Of a DNA stretch of 64,000 nucleotides, positions 59,238-64,000 are shown in pieces. This stretch comes from Amoebidium appalachense. Taxonomy: Eukaryota > Protista > Ichthyosporea. The notes under the pieces are model-generated. The model was not told the origin of the DNA, did no database searches, and saw nothing but the letters and a program-made list of their open reading frames with translations. The stretch is taken from the NCBI GenBank assembly GCA_963693365.1, contig CAVNZM010000018.1:1483861-1547860 (forward strand), given 5' to 3'. The position numbers and the translations under genes are program-made. Within the stretch, counting starts at the first letter, position 1. Each line of letters begins with the position of its first letter.

Positions 59238-59818
59238 ACAAAGAAGGAAAGCAGACACGAATACAAACAAGCTAAGACACATACATACTTCAAGGCTCTT
59301 GCTGTCATACATGGTGACGTATTCCAACACATCTCGACCGTTCATACCGGTACCGGACTCCTCCGTGTGTCTTATGTCTGTCTGTTTACTCCACCGTCAC
59401 AAACCGTTGGTCGCAGCCTATTATTAATACTCTCGGTTGCAGCTGCTTACTATGTGCCTGTGTCTGTAACCTGTTTCTAACACCGTCAACCTTACGTATA
59501 CTGTGTGTCATCTTTTTGATCGTTTCATCGTTTTGTGGCCTTCCAGGATTAAATGGGCTATGGTTTAACTGCACCAGCGATTATGCGATCTCATCTGAGT
59601 CAACCCTGTATGATCATATATTAACCAGAGACCAATAGGTGGGCAGCTTTGAACATCAGCCAATCGCCGGACTGCATGATGCAGTCATCGTTGGTGGCTC
59701 CGATTTTTCCTTACACTCTCGCGACCGCGTGCATGCTCAGGCGCCTCGACGGTTCGATAGAGTCCAGTGTTCGCTGAATGTGTAAGGAAAAATAAGGAGC
59801 CATCTCAGTAGGTGGCAG
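58048..59818. mobile_element. 1.77-kb non-autonomous element with 9-bp TSD (TTATAAAAC) and short imperfect TIRs; Mutator-like by TSD length
   Basis: TTATAAAAC at 58039-58047 and 59819-59827. Ends ctcacacgtactga versus reverse complement ctgccacctactga. Removing the element rejoins the two LINE pieces. Confidence 0.65.
59695..59802. repeat. ~108-bp hairpin / micro-MITE
   Basis: tggctccgatttttccttacac...gtgtaaggaaaaataaggagcca, imperfect ~22-30 bp inverted arms. Confidence 0.7.
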
Positions 59819-60148
59819 TTATAAAACTATCTTACGGCCAACTTTCGAATGTGTGACATTTACTAATGTTCGTGAACGCCGAGAAAATTTCAAAAGAAAA
59901 AGAAAAGGGACCAAATTAATGTATTAGAGCTTTCAGGCCAATAATTTGCCAATGCCGCTGGTGTTGTTTTTTACTTTTTATAGCTGTTATATGGTTACAG
60001 ATGTCTAACATACATGTACTGTACATATGTTGTAGAAAAACGCTGCGGGGCCAGGAAATGTACATTTGTGAAACAGAATGGAATGCCAAATTACATTCCA
60101 CTGGGCCATGTTTCTGGTTGGCGTTAAGGTTTTTTGTGCCCATACTGT

Positions 60149-61205
60149 CAGTAAACCGCTCGAATTTGGGACACTTAAGCTTTTCGCGTCATCGCTGATC
60201 GAGCGCTTATGGGTAGCTATTTTTAGCTTTTTTCTGGAACATTCGAGCATCCCCAGCAAGCCCTGGCACATGGCTACCCCAGTACTATATAAGCGCTGAG
60301 GTTCATAAAACACGTTTCCGACGACTTAGACACGTGAATGTAGCCTAGGGTATCATCTTGCAAATTTCATTCTGAATTCAAAATGCATTTTTATTTGGGA
60401 CACGTGTTGCATAGACGTATATGCAGACGAACATGCTGACGCACATGCACCAGCTGGGTGTGGTCTCGCTGTTCCTTTCACCGTTGCCCACCCCTGGGGC
60501 CTTCTCTAGCTTTCAAACCAGTCTGTACACTCAACGAGGCTTCAAGGGTGCCTTTTTTTTACAAAATAAACTGAACACATCATACAACCTATTGCCTGTG
60601 ACTAAAGGCGTCGTTCTGTACTACAAGTGCAACCTACACACGCATGCTCTTCCTGTACTGTTAGCATACCTCTACATCTGTCCGGGGTATGGATACTGAT
60701 AAAACGGGTACTTCCCTGTAAGAATAAATATTATGCTTCACGTCACGGTGCTCTGCAACTAAATCACATCGCTCTTCATGTGTCTTATTTTTGTGTTCTA
60801 GAAACGCTGCCTCTATCTCCTCTGCTGTGGGCTTGCGCCTTTTCTGCCCTTGTGCACTCATGTTGGGAACCCCATTCTGTCTGTGGGGCAAGGGTGTGTG
60901 ATAAATGGGCATTAAAAGTACAAAGCATATGAAAGATGTGAGGCTACGTGAGAGGAAATCCTTAGAGTGAGGATGAGGAGTTCCTATGTTTTCGAAAGAG
61001 GATGTGCTTTGCTCTGCTGTGGTGGTTGGTAGAAAACGGCCCTTTATTTTCAAACTTGGCTGCCGGGTTGGGCAGCCAACCAGACACGCTGGCATTCAAA
61101 AAGGACGGAAAAAACGTAATAATGGACCCAAGTCCGGAGGGCCAATTAAAAGTGTCCCAAATTTATGACGGGATTCAAATCGTCCCAAATTCGAGCGGTT
61201 TACTG
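60149..61205 (-). mobile_element. pogo/Fot1-like deletion derivative, copy 2
   Basis: Near-identical to 56554-57614 with the same TIRs. The right TA is intact and the left TA is altered. Confidence 0.88.
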
Positions 61206-61669
61206 TACCAGGGTTCGAAGGACGGTGGAGCCCATTAACGGAAGTCGAAATCCCGTTTCGGAAAACCTCTTCGAAAATCGGAATGCTCCGTCGGAGCAGG
61301 CCCACCATAATCGTAATCTTCGCGCATCAGTAAATTAGGGCATGCTTATTTGTGCCTATATTGCATCAAAATGTTATTATAATGCATACTCAAAAACCCC
61401 TGTGGTTATTAGAGGCCTTCCTGGTGTTGGCAGTTGAAGCTTTGAAGGAATAAATTTAGGGAAATATGAAGTGCATTACTATATATGATGCACAATACAT
61501 ATATATATATATACATTTTGTCTACGTATATACGTACGGTCACGTCCTCTTACACATATGTGCGGCAGTGCCAGTGTATATGAGGATATATACTACTAGT
61601 AAATACAGGTACCCCCCGCCCCGTTGGGGGCGGGACCTACATGGGACATGTGCACAGAATTTGAAGCGG

Positions 61670-61710
61670 AAGAGAAGAGAATAAATCCAGTCAAAAGAAA
61701 GAGAAGAGAA
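61670..61710 (+). mobile_element. 17-nt LINE 3'-tail micro-insertion with 12-bp TSD, inside the Helitron subterminus
   Basis: aagagaagagaa [taaatccagtcaaaaga] aagagaagagaa. The insert is identical to 8573-8589. Confidence 0.75.
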
Positions 61711-61892
61711 CATAGAGTGTATTTGGTGAAAATTTTATAGGCACAAGATATATCATAACATGGCAACACTGTTGCCTGGTGGAGCTTTATTTTTGTTTGT
61801 AGGGTTTTATAGAAACTAAAATATGACGCAATGTAGCCTGCACACTTTCACTGACAGGCGCAGAAATTAATATACAGGATCCGGAACTTCTT

Positions 61893-61927
<35 letters not shown>

Positions 61928-61971
61928 ATTTACATATACTATACATCATTTATGGATATATTGTCTACTTC

Positions 61972-62865
61972 TCACCCAGTCCAGTCTTTCATCTTCTGCT
62001 CGTGAAATTGGTCACAGGCCCATTCAGACATCAACCTGCCAACATTGTGGAAGTGGGTAGTGTGCAGTAGTCGTCTTGCTGCTTTTGTGACTGACACCTT
62101 TTTACCTGAAGTAGAAAAGGTATTGAGGCTCCAACCTGGTGTGCCTTGCAAAAACAGTAAAGGATATTGCAGTGGTTCACATAGCTCATTTAGGTAGTGA
62201 ACTTGCTCGGGACGTTGGTTTGAGAATCGGTGGAACCATATTATGTGTCTTCCTGCATGCACTGGGTCCATATCATATAAGGCTGCAATCTCGGGAGCCT
62301 GGGGTGTAGCAGTTCTTCTGTTATTCCTTTGAAAGGCTACGTGAAAGTTTTCTTGGTCTGGGTAGGCTTGGCTTAGTCTGCGGAACTCAGATGCTATAGG
62401 GTTGCACTGGTACAGAGCACTTTCGAGGAGTGAAATGAAAGCTGATGACAGCGATCTTGCAGCAGCAACTGCTGCCCGTATACCTTCATAGATATAGTAC
62501 CTTATATTGGAAAGACTGGTAGTTGAATCGTGCACCCTGTGGTATGACCTGCCGCATACCTTGACAAATGGTGGAGCTGCCTGTGTAACGGTTCTTTGAG
62601 ACCAGCCCATGGCTGTGAATGCAAACATGTTGTTATATTCTCTTGCCTTTTTGGTGAAAGCAGGTGTGCTGTATAGTCGTGTTAGCTGTAAAGGGAGGGG
62701 GGGGAGTGTTGGGATCACCCATTTTCCGTTTCCACAACAGAAAGAGGATTTCTCCTCTTTTAATAGGCGTGAGGTGCAAAAACTACAGACGTTCTGTTGT
62801 GACAGAGTAACGTTTTCCAGTTTCCATTCGCTGATGTGTGCAAAAACATCTGCAGGCTCTTGCAA
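61972..62865 (-). pseudogene. Helitron Rep/helicase N-terminal fragment
   Basis: C..C.....EE...CC.NGK...LPPLP, REYNNMFAFTAMG, KVCGRSYHR, EIAALY and EPLQYPLLF..GTPGW are typical Helitron RepHel N-terminal motifs. It stops before the HUH/Y2 and PIF1 helicase motifs. Confidence 0.88.
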
Positions 62866-64000
62866 CTTTTATAAGTTGTATCCTGTGTGTGTCTCTTCAT
62901 ACAGGATATCCAGTGTTCTGGTGTGGTTTGGCTGGAGTACTAAGTGGCGGGGTTTTAGGCGGTTCATAAAGGGTGTCCAGATCCTTAAGTTGGTTTGTGT
63001 CATGGAGCAGAGTGCGCATGCATCAAATAAACCATGGCAACAGAAAAAGTCATCAACTTTTCTGAACTGTACGTATAGGAGGCAGACACTTTAGGCACAT
63101 ATTCGCTTGTCATTAAAAACTCAAACAAAAAGGCACGCAGCAGGTCTGGCTTTTTAATGGCTTGCAGAAGATTTGCACGACCAGATTCAATTAAGGCAAT
63201 TTGGTGTTGTAGGTGTGTGCCGAGTGGGTGTGCAAGTGTAAAGGCCTGCCGCAAAGCCATTGTGATGTCTGGTTTTTGTGCATAGTGGTGAGAGACGCCA
63301 TATGTGTTGGTGTATGACTCGTGTATGTCTTAAGCAGTGTCAAGTGCACAGGCAGAGCATTTCTGGAGTGTGTGTGCGTGAAAATCAAGTTCCTCATTTT
63401 GGGCAAATGCTGCAATGTGTCCAAGTTTCCCACTTCCAAAGGGTCAGGCTTCATACATTTCAATTGCCGCAAGGTGCATTAGAGGGCCGACAAGCGCAGG
63501 GTTGTCAAGGGAACGCCACAGCATGTGCATGCACTCTGTCGTATCCTAATATATGTGTACTAGAGACGCGGCACTCTACTAAGTGTACACACACGAAAAG
63601 GAACGAACGTGTATAGAAAAACGGTAAAGTTTATTAAGACCAGGCTCCGACGGGCAAACTTAGATCCGTACGGATTAAGTCTAAGTTACGACTGAGGCCA
63701 TCAAGGCCGTGCCCTACAAGATCATCATCACCTGGCCCCCTACGATGCCACATTCCATTAACATTCCGATCTACTTTTATCGTGCGCCTGCACGAGCTAA
63801 GTCGATCTACTCAACTAATATATTTATCCAAGTCTCACCCCTCACCCTCCCCCTAGTGGCACCGCAGAGTCTAAATCTACATTTCATACTATCCTCCCCC
63901 CCCCTCCCTCCCCCCCTTTCCTCTACATCTACATATATAAATACGTTTGGCAACATATACTATCAAACCTTGCCAATCCTTACAAAAGGGCTTCTGCCCG

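Larger units (their letters stand above)
57971..59850 (+). mobile_element. Short decayed internal LINE RT fragment split by a later insertion
   Basis: 57971-58037 matches 7521-7582 (ccg.aagctc.tcacggcacg.gatcgctcgtgc...aagggtaagcttcac.tc.tgtcaaata). 59821-59850 matches 7631-7660 (aaaact.t.ttacggccaactttc.aat). Confidence 0.75.
61596..63500 (-). mobile_element. Truncated Helitron (internal deletion; 5' end not defined)
   Basis: Minus-strand 3' terminus: 8-bp hairpin CCCGCCCC-CAAC-GGGGCGGG (61634-61615), 15 nt, then CTAG|T at 61599-61596. A Rep N-terminal ORF lies upstream. Confidence 0.85.

Noticed and set aside
61209-61320. cagggttcg... as a hAT-like terminus next to pogo copy 2
   Set aside because: No partner TIR or TSD was found in the window.

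Overview
This is eukaryotic nuclear DNA, probably from a protist. It is intron-rich and full of poly-G/poly-C, (GT)/(CA) and (GA) microsatellites, and most ORFs in the supplied track are artefacts of that low complexity. Three genes can be reconstructed by hand from GT-AG splice sites. They are a 2-exon TMEM68/DGAT2-type acyltransferase (+, 10313-11980), a 9-exon GH29 alpha-L-fucosidase (+, 16603-25272, with a 1-nt homopolymer frameshift), and a 5'-incomplete gene of at least 26 exons for a ~1,900-aa extracellular mosaic protein (-, 29674-56027). That protein reads 3xWSC, 2xPAN/Apple, PA14-like, VWD, ~13 EGF and an unrecognised C-terminal domain; six of its EGF exons come from a tandem triplication whose junctions lie in a MITE. 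The rest of the window holds a chimeric mitochondrial insertion (cox1 fragment plus decayed tRNAs), three decayed LINEs, two 10-17 nt LINE-tail insertions with target-site duplications (TSDs), two pogo-like deletion derivatives, a CACGT-ended element with a 3-bp TSD, a 9-bp-TSD element, a truncated Helitron and several minisatellites. The most interesting pattern is intron design: many acceptors are (CA)n-CAG with no polypyrimidine tract, and several introns have complementary GT/G-rich 5' halves and C/CA-rich 3' halves. All calls are by eye; no database searches were run.
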